A stretch of 39,014 nucleotides of DNA. It comes from a virus. Shown here in pieces: positions 1-9,458 of the stretch (positions are counted from its first letter, which is position 1; every line of letters starts with the position of its first letter). Below the pieces are notes generated by a model. That model did not search any database and was not told where the DNA came from. It saw only the letters and a program-made list of their open reading frames with translations. The DNA lies in the IMG/VR virus record IMGVR_UViG_3300009956_000004; one strand, 5' to 3'. A program made the translations under genes and the position numbers.

Positions 1-127
1 AACAAGCCTCGGAAGTAGTATCCGTACAGTTCAAACGACTATATCCCAACTTGGTACATCAATGGTACAATCTGCGTCTGGGTTCTCTCAACTCGGTAAT
101 GCTATGCGTACAGCAATGTCGCAAGTT
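1..127. repeat. Terminal overlap, copy 1 (identical to 38888-39014)
   Basis: Base-by-base comparison: aacaagcctcggaagtag...caatgtcgcaagtt occurs at both ends. Confidence 0.95.
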
Positions 128-1093
128 GTTACTGCGGTTAACACTGGAATCCAGCAAGCTAGATCTGCCCTTACTGCAGGTTTTGCAAGCATGGGTACAG
201 TTGTGTCTACATCGATGAATAATGTTGCAACTAGTGTCAGAATGTCTATGACAACCATGAACATCTCTGTCACACAAGCAATGACGCAAATGGGGGCATC
301 AATCAGAACGTCCATGACTTCTGTCAGCTCTATGATGCAAGCGATGTTGAACAACATTGTAGCAACCATCTCAGCATCATTTCAACGTATGACCATGACA
401 ATCACAATGGCAATGATGCAAGCAAGTATGGCTATCCAGTCAGGAATGATGCGCATGACCATGACGATGACTACCAGCGGTATGCAAATGGCCCAAATTG
501 CACAGCGGACTGGCCAACAGATTTCACAAAATATCACGAACGGTATTAGAAATGGTGTCGGCAGTGCAAGAAGTGCGATGCACTCTATGATGCACGCTAT
601 CCAAGCAGTTGGAATGGCTGCGGTCGGGACAATGCGTTCAGTCGGTAGCATGATTGGTCATGGTTTGGCGCAAGGTATGTATTCTGCTCTCGGTGCAGTA
701 ACCGCTGCAGCAAATGCACTCGTTGCACAAGCAGAACGTGCTGCGCAAGCAAAAGCTAAGATCCACAGTCCATCACGGCTGTTCCGTGATAATGTCGGTA
801 AATTCTTGGCTCTCGGTGTGGCCGATGGTATTGACCGCAATGCATCAGAAGTATCGAAGTCAATGGAGAATTTGATTGACGATGCATCGCAGTACACTGC
901 AAGCAATCCTCTCGGCTCTGGATTTGATTACAACGGTGTAATCAATCACGAGATCAAAGAGGCTGACAGCCAAAATAAACCAATGCAATTAACTCTTGAA
1001 TTGGGCGGTCGTGCCTTCTCTGCATTTGTAGAGGATATCACTACTGCACAAGGCAAGAGAGAGCGAATCAGATTAAAGACAAGTCCTCTGTAA
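1..1093 (+). CDS. Tail tape measure protein, C-terminal part (continuation of 35565-39014 across the circular junction)
   Basis: The frame of the 62..1093 ORF is open back to the window edge. It matches the frame of the ORF starting at 35565 once 38,887 is subtracted. Met/Ala/Ser/Thr-rich helical repeats. Conserved ...AKIHSPSRLFRDNVGKF... tail typical of tape measures. Sits directly upstream of Dit/Tal. Confidence 0.9.
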   Translation, partial: TSLGSSIRTVQTTISQLGTSMVQSASGFSQLGNAMRTAMSQVVTAVNTGIQQARSALTAGFASMGTVVSTSMNNVATSVRMSMTTMNISVTQAMTQMGASIRTSMTSVSSMMQAMLNNIVATISASFQRMTMTITMAMMQASMAIQSGMMRMTMTMTTSGMQMAQIAQRTGQQISQNITNGIRNGVGSARSAMHSMMHAIQAVGMAAVGTMRSVGSMIGHGLAQGMYSALGAVTAAANALVAQAERAAQAKAKIHSPSRLFRDNVGKFLALGVADGIDRNASEVSKSMENLIDDASQYTASNPLGSGFDYNGVINHEIKEADSQNKPMQLTLELGGRAFSAFVEDITTAQGKRERIRLKTSPL

Positions 1094-1137
1094 AATGAGG
1101 GCTTTGCCTTTTTATAAAAATGTAGAAAGGGGGAAAA

Positions 1138-1923
1138 ATGTATAAATTCACAGATACAAACGAGATTTTAAAAAGCTATGAAATGGGAATCCAGACTACT
1201 TTCAACGGCAAGACGCTAGAGCGTGAACTCACGAACACAAATGGAGCATTTCAGACCGTCATGATTTCTGGCCGTGGTGTAGTAGACCAAGAACATCAGA
1301 CCGTTGATGTAACTGGTCGTGATGGCAAGGTATTCAGGCGCAAGTCTTACAAAGAGCGTGAAATTGAAATCACTGCTCTGATCTCTGGAGTTAATAACTC
1401 TGCTTTTCGTTTGCAATTTGAAAAACTGAACGAGCTACTAGATACGAATGAGCCAAGTGACTTGGTCTTTGGTGATGAACCAGACCGAATCTATAAGGCG
1501 CAGTTTGAATCTGCAGACATTCCAGATGAAGAAAGTAACCAACAAATCATTAAATTAAAAATGATCTGTTACGATCCTAAAAAACTCACGAACAAGAAAA
1601 CTGTTACTGGAAATCAGGTCAATTATGCAGGAAGCAAAGAAACGTACCCTAAAATTTCCTTTATGGTTGGTGTTAATGTGAATGAAATCAATCTTCTGCA
1701 CGTTGAACAACAGAAGTATATTCGTTTAAAAGGCACATATACACAAGGAAATCGCATTGAAATTGATATGAAGGAACGCACGATCAAGCTAAATGGCAGA
1801 AACGAGCTTAAAAATTTCGACATGGTGAACAGCAGATTTTTCTCTTTGCAAAAAGGGGCTAATACTTTAAGATTGACCCCGTCAAGTCAGTTAACGGTTG
1901 AATATAGTGAGGTGTATCAATGA
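1138..1923 (+). CDS. Distal tail protein (Dit, siphovirus tail component family)
   Basis: 261 aa, immediately after the tape measure. GGGGGA RBS. ATGA overlap with the next gene. Motif ...SGRGV..Q..TVDVTGRDGKVF..KSY.EREIEI... resembles the phage tail component N-terminal domain. Confidence 0.75.
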   Translation: MYKFTDTNEILKSYEMGIQTTFNGKTLERELTNTNGAFQTVMISGRGVVDQEHQTVDVTGRDGKVFRRKSYKEREIEITALISGVNNSAFRLQFEKLNELLDTNEPSDLVFGDEPDRIYKAQFESADIPDEESNQQIIKLKMICYDPKKLTNKKTVTGNQVNYAGSKETYPKISFMVGVNVNEINLLHVEQQKYIRLKGTYTQGNRIEIDMKERTIKLNGRNELKNFDMVNSRFFSLQKGANTLRLTPSSQLTVEYSEVYQ

Positions 1924-4900
1924 TTTATTTATTTAATAATAAAGAAGAATTGATCCACATCATTAAAGAACAAGATCTAATCGAGTTTACTCATAAAATC
2001 GAGATCAACACGTTCGATGCTGCAGAGTTTGAGTTGCCTATCGAGGCGATTGATAAAGAAATCATCGAAGAAATGCGTTTCTTTGGTTTCTTTGTGCGTG
2101 GCCGTCAATTCGGGGTATTTAAAGCCTATGAAGTGACCATGAGTGACAACTATGTTGTCAAAGGTCTCGATCGTGCAGAAAGCGACTTGCGAACCGTCCG
2201 AATTATTAAGGACAAGCGACTGCAAAGCGTTACTGCAGACCAAGCACTCAATGTAGCTTTAGAAGGCACGGGCTACCAGTTGGGCGAAAGAGAAGGCCTT
2301 ACAAAAGTAAATAAGACCAACTTCTACTATATCAGCCCTCGTGAAGCTCTCGTGAAGATCATCGAGGCTTTTAATTGTGAATTTCGTGTACGGTATGAGT
2401 TTGTAGAAAATAAAATCATCAATCGCTACATTGATTTATATCACAGGCAAGGCTCGTACTCTGGTGTGCAATTCGAGTATGGAAACAATGCTCTCGAAGT
2501 CACGATGGAAGAAGACTCTGACAATGTTGTCACAGCTCTTATTGGTCGTGGTAAAGGTGAGGAATCGACGGATTCGGAAGGCAATGCCACTGGTGGATAT
2601 GGTCGAAGAATCGAATTTACTGACATTGTCTGGACGAAAGCAAGTGGCAAGCCTATCGATAAGCCTGCTGGACAAAACTACATCGTTTTAAATGATGACA
2701 TTGAGAATAAAGGGCTTTATCAAAATGGCGAGCTAAAACATCGCTGGGGTGTATTCGTTGACGAAGAGATTGAGGACAAAGAAGTCCTACTTCAAGCGAC
2801 ATATCAAGAGCTTCTGAGGCTCAACAACCCTATCCGTAAATACAAGGCAAGCATCTTGGATCTACGTGATGACATTTGGCTTGGTGACCGTGTGGCAATT
2901 GTTAAGGATTCTGCAAAGTTATCTTTTGAAGCTCGCATCTTTTCGATTACGATTGACAAACTCAATTTTGACCAGTCAGAAGTCGAACTCGGTGATTATG
3001 AGACTTTGAAAAGTCAGTCGCAAAGTAGCTCTCTCAATGCTATCAAGGAAGCTGTCAGAGAGTTATCAGAAGAACAAGAGGCCTACAATCGAAAAGTCCA
3101 AGAGTTGATTGATAACAAGAACGCAGAAATTGCTGAAAAAATGCGTGTGATGCGTCTCGACATGGACAATGGTATTGAAGATGCCAAAAATAAGGCTGAA
3201 AAAGTAAAGCAAGAAGTCGCTGCCAAAGTTGATGAAACTGTTAAGGTTGCAAGTCAAAAAGCAAAGAACGAAATTACACAAGAGTTCAATGCGACATATG
3301 GCGACATCACTGTCAAAATGAAAGGACTGAAAGCTACTACTGATCAATTAAAAACCAGTGATGCAGACATCCAGAAGCTGATCAATGATTTCAAAACTCA
3401 AACGCAAAGCCAATTTGTCGGTGTCCAAGGCGCTCAATCACGCTTTGAGCAGACGACTGAGAAAGCCATATCTGACCTGATCAATGTAGCCAATGGCAAA
3501 GCTGATAGGTCATATGTTGAGCAGACGGTGACAGGAGTCAAAGAAGAGTTCACGAATCTGAAAGTTGGTTCAAGGAACTACGCAGAAGACTATGATTTCA
3601 CTCGTGGTCTTTGGTTTTTTGCTCATGGCGATTCAAGTGATTCAACCGGTACAGCAGAGAATGGTATATATACCATTACAGGCAATACTAACACTTGGAA
3701 ACAGGCACAGCTATTTTCTAGCACCGCACCAAGCTGGGCTACCTCAAAAACAACCGCTCTGGACTATCTAGAGAAAGGCGAGCCTTACACTATTTCTTTT
3801 TATGCTAAAAGGAATAGCGGTTCAGGAACAATGTGGGTTTCATTGCGTGAAAATAGAAAATCTAGGGGCAATCCAGAAAGAATCTATGCTCAATTTCGGT
3901 TAACTGATGAATGGAATCTGTACAAAGTTTCTGTACCAGCGCTAGAAAAAAGCGATGAGTTTGATTTCTGGCGCATCATTATCGGCTATAGTGAAGCAGG
4001 TTCAATTTCATTCAAAAAGGTAGAGCTAACACAAAGCAATACCAGAACAGATGCAGGACCTGCTCCAGAAGATCAAGAAGCTATTGTCACAAACGCTTCA
4101 GCATCATTTGAACGTACCGCAAAAGGACTTAAAACACAAATCACAGCACTTGAACAGTACACTGGAGAGAGTGGAATCCTTGAATCTAGGCTAAAACGCT
4201 ATACAGAAGAGCAAACAAGCAATACCCTGAAGACAATTCGTGAGAATCTATCTGAGAATTACATTTCTAAGAATAAGTACACAGAAGATTCTGAGGGGAT
4301 CACAAGAAGGATCGAAGCTCTAGGAAGTCAGATTGACCAAGAAAACCTTGTGAAATTAGCTGACAGCTTAACTGAATATACAGCGCCCAACAATGGCACA
4401 ACCAGAATTACATCAGTAGAAAACGGGATTTTCAAAATGAAAGTTTCCGGATCTCCTGCAAATTCTTATACATTTGCAGGTCCAACATTCCCACTGTATA
4501 TCAATAAGATGACTCAAGGTGAATACTACTCATTAGGTTTTGAATATCAAGTGAGAAGTGATGTTGAATGTGATAAAGGAATAGCAGTTACACTCAAACG
4601 ACATTCAAATAATAAGCAAGTATTTGGGAAGAGTTTTGCAGATAAAACAACAGCAAAAAACACATGGCTGAAAGCTGAGTTCACATTCCTAGCAACTGAT
4701 TTTGAATTTGATACCTCTGGAAGTTTTCCACTATGCTTCTATGCAGTCAACAATGCACACTTTTGGATTCGCAAACCAATATTGGTCAAAGGGCCAAAAG
4801 TCCCTCCATACAAGCCAAACAGCTTGGACACAATCAACTCACGAATTGAGAGCAAACTTGCTGAATACAAGCAGACTGTTGACGGCCAATTCTCAACATT

Positions 4901-6203
4901 TTCAACCGAGTTCGGGAATAATCTGAGATATGCCACAGAAGGTCTAAACAATAAACTTGCAACTCAGGAACAAGCACTCACAACAAAAATTGCTAACCAA
5001 GCACAAGAGACTGACTCTAAACTTCAAGCTCAAGCAGATGAGACTAACCAGAAACTATCCAGTCAAAACTCTGTACTCAATGACAAGTTGGATGATTTCA
5101 AGGAAAGCATCAACGGGCGCTTTGCTAACTATCAGCAGACTGTAGATGGTCAAGTGGCAACAATTGTCAGCCAATTTGATGGAGTCCTCAAGAAAACGGA
5201 CATCAACATCACAGATGGTCAGATCTCATTTGGTACAGGAAAGAGCATTAATGGTCGGACCATCAGCTCATTGCTGGTACAGGAACCTGAAGCAATCGCT
5301 TTGATCGCTCAATTGATTAAGGTGAAAGGTGATATGGTAGTCGATGGATCTATCACAAGCAGGCATCTGGCATCTCAGAGCGTTCGAACAGGACACATGG
5401 AATCTGGATCAGTAACCACTCAGATTCTGGCTTCAAATGCAGTCACTGCCGACAAATTGCTTGTGGACTCCGCCATGATTAATAAACTGGTGACAAATAA
5501 AGCTTTTATCAAGGAATTAATTTCTCAAAAGGCCTTCATCACAGAATTAGACGCAATCAAAATCGCTGCGGAAAGAATCCAAGGCGGTAGGTTAAGCGCA
5601 AATAATGGATCTACAGTCTTTAACTTGGACGACGGTACACTAAATTTGTACTCAAACACAGGAACAATCAGACGGATTGATGACACAAGTTCGTCGCAGT
5701 TTATCAAGCTGACAAAAAGCGGTTTTATCGCAGAACGATTCAGAGATAGCAATGCTGCACTCATGGTTTTAGGCACGAATCACAACAAAGACCCTAAAGA
5801 GGTAGAACGGCATGATAATGAAACGTTCGCAGGTATTCGGCTTTGGTCTGGTAAAGGAAACGGCACGGAAGAAAGCCTTACTGAATTCGTGGGTGACCGT
5901 GTACTTATCTATAACAACGGTCGATACCGTAGTCCTTGGAACTTCCACGGAAATACGAATGACGGAAATACCTATCTGATACCGATGAACCAAAACAATG
6001 TGAAACACTACATTGGACGTGGTGACTTCTTCCTTGAGGGAGTTTATTCAAAAGATTTCTTTATGGCTGGTGGTGTGAGTATCGGTAAATATTTATGGGA
6101 TTTAATAACTTGTTTTGGACAAATGGTTAAATACAGCGAATTCAAAAGTAAAGATGTCGAACGACATATTAGAGGAGTTGTTAACGGACACGGTTTTAGA
6201 TAG
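1920..6203 (+). CDS. Tail-associated lysin-like / tail tip protein (Tal) with coiled coils, two carbohydrate-binding-like modules and a C-terminal fibre/receptor-binding region
   Basis: 1427 aa following Dit. The N-terminal ~380 aa resemble the prophage-tail endopeptidase/minor structural N-terminal domain. Long Q/K/E-rich coiled coils. Two jelly-roll-like segments (..GLWFFAHGDSS..FKKVELTQS.. and ..NGIFKMKVSG..FWIRKPILVKG..). C-terminal repeat ...SRHLASQSVRTGHMESGSVTTQILASNAVTADKLLVDSAMINKLV... Confidence 0.75.
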   Translation: MIYLFNNKEELIHIIKEQDLIEFTHKIEINTFDAAEFELPIEAIDKEIIEEMRFFGFFVRGRQFGVFKAYEVTMSDNYVVKGLDRAESDLRTVRIIKDKRLQSVTADQALNVALEGTGYQLGEREGLTKVNKTNFYYISPREALVKIIEAFNCEFRVRYEFVENKIINRYIDLYHRQGSYSGVQFEYGNNALEVTMEEDSDNVVTALIGRGKGEESTDSEGNATGGYGRRIEFTDIVWTKASGKPIDKPAGQNYIVLNDDIENKGLYQNGELKHRWGVFVDEEIEDKEVLLQATYQELLRLNNPIRKYKASILDLRDDIWLGDRVAIVKDSAKLSFEARIFSITIDKLNFDQSEVELGDYETLKSQSQSSSLNAIKEAVRELSEEQEAYNRKVQELIDNKNAEIAEKMRVMRLDMDNGIEDAKNKAEKVKQEVAAKVDETVKVASQKAKNEITQEFNATYGDITVKMKGLKATTDQLKTSDADIQKLINDFKTQTQSQFVGVQGAQSRFEQTTEKAISDLINVANGKADRSYVEQTVTGVKEEFTNLKVGSRNYAEDYDFTRGLWFFAHGDSSDSTGTAENGIYTITGNTNTWKQAQLFSSTAPSWATSKTTALDYLEKGEPYTISFYAKRNSGSGTMWVSLRENRKSRGNPERIYAQFRLTDEWNLYKVSVPALEKSDEFDFWRIIIGYSEAGSISFKKVELTQSNTRTDAGPAPEDQEAIVTNASASFERTAKGLKTQITALEQYTGESGILESRLKRYTEEQTSNTLKTIRENLSENYISKNKYTEDSEGITRRIEALGSQIDQENLVKLADSLTEYTAPNNGTTRITSVENGIFKMKVSGSPANSYTFAGPTFPLYINKMTQGEYYSLGFEYQVRSDVECDKGIAVTLKRHSNNKQVFGKSFADKTTAKNTWLKAEFTFLATDFEFDTSGSFPLCFYAVNNAHFWIRKPILVKGPKVPPYKPNSLDTINSRIESKLAEYKQTVDGQFSTFSTEFGNNLRYATEGLNNKLATQEQALTTKIANQAQETDSKLQAQADETNQKLSSQNSVLNDKLDDFKESINGRFANYQQTVDGQVATIVSQFDGVLKKTDINITDGQISFGTGKSINGRTISSLLVQEPEAIALIAQLIKVKGDMVVDGSITSRHLASQSVRTGHMESGSVTTQILASNAVTADKLLVDSAMINKLVTNKAFIKELISQKAFITELDAIKIAAERIQGGRLSANNGSTVFNLDDGTLNLYSNTGTIRRIDDTSSSQFIKLTKSGFIAERFRDSNAALMVLGTNHNKDPKEVERHDNETFAGIRLWSGKGNGTEESLTEFVGDRVLIYNNGRYRSPWNFHGNTNDGNTYLIPMNQNNVKHYIGRGDFFLEGVYSKDFFMAGGVSIGKYLWDLITCFGQMVKYSEFKSKDVERHIRGVVNGHGFR

Positions 6204-6211
6204 GAGAAAAA

Positions 6212-6433
6212 ATGAACGAACAAACTTATGTAGCTATCATCACAGATTTAGCAAATCAATTGGCTAACAAATCAATCAATGAAGCTGAGTTTAAAGCTCG
6301 ATTGACTGAATCACAGCAACTTGTAGCGCAACTTGCTAAGGAAGTTGAAAGCTATCGCTCTGTCCTAGAGTCTGACAAAGATTTGAAGGATCTATTCGAA
6401 GAAATTAAAAACAAAAACGAGGTAACAAACTAA
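6212..6433 (+). CDS. Hypothetical small coiled-coil protein (tail/lysis junction)
   Basis: 73-aa ORF with GGAGAAAAA RBS, tightly packed between Tal and the next gene. TAATG overlap with the next ORF. Confidence 0.6.
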   Translation: MNEQTYVAIITDLANQLANKSINEAEFKARLTESQQLVAQLAKEVESYRSVLESDKDLKDLFEEIKNKNEVTN

Positions 6434-7116
6434 TGGATTACAAAGTACAATTTAAATCATACGATGCAGTAGCCAACACTACGAAAGTAGCAATCAAGCA
6501 AGATTTTCCGTACCGTGTCTTTGAAGAAATCTTGCCAACCAATCGCATGACCGAAGATGATGCGACACTGGTTGAAGCAGTATTGAATATCGTCCGCATG
6601 GAGCTTGATACATCTGGCGCAGTCGTATCAATCAAAAAAGAGTTAGACAAATCTGTCGAAGCTAACAATAACGCTATCGCTAAAATCCAAGAATTGACCA
6701 AGGAGAACGAAGCGATGACGCAACAAATCCAAAGCATCAAATCAGTAGCTGATTGGTCAGTTCTTGCTCGTGTAACAGATACAGACAATCCAATTGATCC
6801 AACCCTGTATGCTCGTGGATTGGAATTGGTAGAAACTGGCCAAGTTGGCAAAGAATACAAGGCGCACGATATCTTTGTTGTTAATAATCCAAATCACATC
6901 GCTAAATATGGCGAAGGCACTCGTGTGCTTGTGCAAGTAAATAATGATTTTACCTACAATGGCGAAAGCGTAGAAGAACTCGAAGGTAAATTGTCGCAAG
7001 ATGGAAAACTTGCAGTCTGGAAATGGGAACTTCCAAAGGAAAACAAACCAGCACAACCAAGCGGAGATCTTGAAACAGAACCAGTAGCCACAGCTACACC
7101 ACAGCCAGTACTTTAA
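6433..7116 (+). CDS. Hypothetical protein (tail/lysis junction), central coiled coil, Pro/Thr-rich C-terminus
   Basis: 227-aa ORF, start coupled to the upstream stop. No family recognised. Confidence 0.65.
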   Translation: MDYKVQFKSYDAVANTTKVAIKQDFPYRVFEEILPTNRMTEDDATLVEAVLNIVRMELDTSGAVVSIKKELDKSVEANNNAIAKIQELTKENEAMTQQIQSIKSVADWSVLARVTDTDNPIDPTLYARGLELVETGQVGKEYKAHDIFVVNNPNHIAKYGEGTRVLVQVNNDFTYNGESVEELEGKLSQDGKLAVWKWELPKENKPAQPSGDLETEPVATATPQPVL

Positions 7117-7135
7117 TCAGAAAGGGGCGTGATCT

Positions 7136-7420
7136 ATGATCCACTTTACACCAGAAGATATCTCGATGATGGTCGGATTTGTCGGGATCTTACTTGGAAT
7201 TTATGGAAATTTTAAAGGAAGTGTCGTGGCACAAGAAAAACGCATGGTAGTTATCGAGAAAGACATCGAAAACATGCGTGATTTTCGTCTAACGGCAGTA
7301 AGACGACTTGATAACCACGATGAACAAAATAAGTCTCTATTGATCCTCGCAGAGCAGGTCAAGGCCTTGAGCGAGGACATGAAAGAACTTAAAGCATTAA
7401 TTCAAAACAAAAATAATTAA
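7136..7420 (+). CDS. Lysis-cassette membrane protein: N-terminal TM helix plus coiled coil, possible holin accessory (XhlA-like in position only)
   Basis: 94 aa. AAAGGGG RBS. TM segment MMVGFVGILLGIYGNF followed by a heptad-like region. Immediately precedes the holin. Confidence 0.55.
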   Translation: MIHFTPEDISMMVGFVGILLGIYGNFKGSVVAQEKRMVVIEKDIENMRDFRLTAVRRLDNHDEQNKSLLILAEQVKALSEDMKELKALIQNKNN

Positions 7421-7434
7421 TAAGAGGTAACACT

Positions 7435-7695
7435 ATGAAAATCAACTGGAATGTACGTTTGAAAAATAAAAACTTTTGGCTTGCCCTTGTACCAGCCTTA
7501 GCCTTGCTATTCCAAGCATTCGCCGATATTTTTGGCATCAAATTGGAATTCGGGCAAACGATTGATAAAGTTCTTGTATTTATCAATGTGCTATTTGCCT
7601 TCCTTGTGCTTGTCGGGATTGTTAACGACCCAACTACCACAGGATTGAGTGATAGTACACGAGCATTAGGTTATGAAGAACCTAACCAAGATTAA
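7435..7695 (+). CDS. Holin, phage phi-LC3 holin family
   Basis: 86 aa. MKINWNVRLKNKNFW-LALVPALALLFQ...GIVNDPTTTGLSDS matches the remembered phiLC3/holin_1 signature. Two to three TM segments. Precedes the lysin. Confidence 0.85.
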   Translation: MKINWNVRLKNKNFWLALVPALALLFQAFADIFGIKLEFGQTIDKVLVFINVLFAFLVLVGIVNDPTTTGLSDSTRALGYEEPNQD

Positions 7696-7707
7696 TATTT
7701 TCGTACT

Positions 7708-7746
7708 AGCGACTATCTTCTTTTGGATAGTCGCTTTTGATTTTAG
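7708..7746 (+). terminator. Intrinsic terminator-like hairpin between holin and endolysin
   Basis: Perfect 10-bp stem AGCGACTATC (7708-7717) / GATAGTCGCT (7726-7735), 8-nt loop, then TTTTGATTTT. Confidence 0.6.
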
Positions 7747-7762
7747 AAAGGATTGAAAAAAC

Positions 7763-8608
7763 ATGAGTGTACAACAATCTATAGTTAACGGTTTTACAAG
7801 CCGTCGTGGGCTGATTACATATTCGATGTTAGGTTCTCGCAACGGTTCAGATGGGACAGGGGATTGCTCTGGTATCATGTCGCAAGTATTGAAAGAATCG
7901 GGTATCCCAATTCAAGGTTTGCCGTCAACAGTGACACTTGGACAGCAACTCGCAAATAACGGCTTCTATCGTGTGAGCCGTAACCAACCATGGGACGCTC
8001 AAATGGCCGATATTATTCTAATGTCATGGGGTGCTGATATGTCTTCATCTGGTGGCGCTGGTGGGCATGTCGGAGCGATGATCGATGATACATACTTCAT
8101 TTCTTGCGACTATTCGACACAAGGAGCAGTCGGACAAGCTATCAATACCTATCCTTGGAACGACTACTACAGCTGGAATAAACCAGCTTATATCGAGGTT
8201 TGGCGATATGCTGATACGGCACCACAGACCAACAATCAAGCGAACACAGCCGTCCAACCGAAAGATAAGGCCTTTTACCAAGCAAACGAAGTTAAATACG
8301 TCAACGGTATCTGGCAGATCAAGTGTGATTACCTAGCACCAGTAGGCTTTGACTGGACCGAAAACGGTATTCCCGTGTCTTTGGTAAACTGGGTTGACAA
8401 GGATGGAAACAACTTGCCGGACGGTGCGGACAAAGACTTCAAAGCTGGAATGTTTTTCAGTTTTGAACTAGACGAAGCCCATATCACAGATACCGGCAAG
8501 GGCGGATATTATGGTGGTTACTATTGGCGCTTGTTTGAATTTGGCCAATTTGGACCAGTCTGGCTTTCGTGTTGGGACAAGGACGATTTGGTGAATTATT
8601 ATAGCTGA
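7763..8608 (+). CDS. Endolysin: N-terminal Amidase_5 (Pal-type Cys/His peptidoglycan hydrolase) plus C-terminal cell-wall-binding domain (SH3b-like, tentative)
   Basis: RRGLITYSM..DGTGDCSG.., QPWDAQMADIILMSWG and GGAGGHVGAMID align from memory with Dp-1 Pal (RKGRVSYSM..DCSSS.., APWDAQRGDIFIWG, GAGGHTGMFID). Sits downstream of the holin. Confidence 0.85.
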   Translation: MSVQQSIVNGFTSRRGLITYSMLGSRNGSDGTGDCSGIMSQVLKESGIPIQGLPSTVTLGQQLANNGFYRVSRNQPWDAQMADIILMSWGADMSSSGGAGGHVGAMIDDTYFISCDYSTQGAVGQAINTYPWNDYYSWNKPAYIEVWRYADTAPQTNNQANTAVQPKDKAFYQANEVKYVNGIWQIKCDYLAPVGFDWTENGIPVSLVNWVDKDGNNLPDGADKDFKAGMFFSFELDEAHITDTGKGGYYGGYYWRLFEFGQFGPVWLSCWDKDDLVNYYS

Positions 8609-8619
8609 GGTGGTGAATT

Positions 8620-9084
8620 ATGCGCATTAATTCAACGAACCTAAAACAATTTGAAGGAGGGGCAGTCGTCAAGCAAGGCGACTCTGCCTCACTTTTTGGA
8701 TATGAGCTACTGGACGAGCAAATGCGCCCTATTAGTGATCTAAACGGCAAAAATGCTACAATACGAATCTTTAATCAAAAAGGAAAGGCTACATTTGAGA
8801 GTACAGTAGATAATTCAAAAGTTACTTTTAAAATAAGCAAGCCCCTACCGATTGGATCTTATTTGGTAGAAGTCGTTTGTGACGGGTATATTTTCCCAAG
8901 TGACCGCTCGACACGTTTGGAAATCACACGTTCAGCAGACGAATTTACAAGCGTGGAAGTTCTTTCGCTTGTAAGAAACGATGTCAAGACTGAAATCGAC
9001 AAGTACATTGCAGAACATCCAAATGGACCACAGACGGAAGAACTCCCAGATCTAACCGTACTATATAACCTAGCTAAAATTTAA
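8620..9084 (+). CDS. BppU-N-like (baseplate upper protein N-terminal Ig-like domain) protein
   Basis: 154 aa, GAGGTGGTG RBS. The pattern ..KQGDSASLFGYELLDEQMRPISDLNGKNATIRIFNQKG..SKVTFKISKPLPIGSYLVEVV..YIFPS.. resembles the BppU_N domain. Assignment is from memory only. Confidence 0.5.
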   Translation: MRINSTNLKQFEGGAVVKQGDSASLFGYELLDEQMRPISDLNGKNATIRIFNQKGKATFESTVDNSKVTFKISKPLPIGSYLVEVVCDGYIFPSDRSTRLEITRSADEFTSVEVLSLVRNDVKTEIDKYIAEHPNGPQTEELPDLTVLYNLAKI

Positions 9085-9096
9085 AAGGAGAAATAA

Positions 9097-9447
9097 ATGA
9101 CTTTAAACACACAAAACCTCACACAATTTGCACAGGCCGTTGGTGCTGACGTAAAAGAAATCAAGACCACGCTTGCTAATAAAGCTGACAAGTCTGAGCT
9201 TGGTCAAGGCGGGATCACACAACAACAGTTAGACACGGCTATTCAAGGAGTAAAAACTGCTATTCTTGGCGAGGGTGTGCCAGAAGAACTTGACACTCTC
9301 AAAGAAATCGCAGACCGTATTGCTAACGGTGCAGGATCAGCAGATCAGGCTATCGTGTCTAAAATGACAGAACTTGGTCAAAAAATCACTGACTTGGAAA
9401 ATATCGATTTTGCACAGATTTATAATACCGCTAAAAATACCCTCTAA
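9097..9447 (+). CDS. Tail-fibre shaft-like coiled-coil protein
   Basis: 116 aa, AAGGAG RBS. ..VPEELDTLKEIADRIANG.. and ..DFAQIYNTAK.. are motifs recurrent in phage tail fibre proteins. Confidence 0.55.
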   Translation: MTLNTQNLTQFAQAVGADVKEIKTTLANKADKSELGQGGITQQQLDTAIQGVKTAILGEGVPEELDTLKEIADRIANGAGSADQAIVSKMTELGQKITDLENIDFAQIYNTAKNTL

Positions 9448-9458
9448 GGAGGTGAAGC

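Noticed and set aside
1-127. Terminal repeat as a biological direct terminal repeat or cos end
   Set aside because: The repeat bisects the tape-measure gene in frame and the terminase type suggests headful packaging. An assembler overlap of a circular or permuted genome is the simpler explanation.
59-906. Minus-strand ORFs 59-289, 88-369, 382-651 and 658-906
   Set aside because: They are antisense shadows of the Met-rich (ATG/CAT) tape-measure C-terminus. The translations are implausibly rich in Cys, His and Ile.
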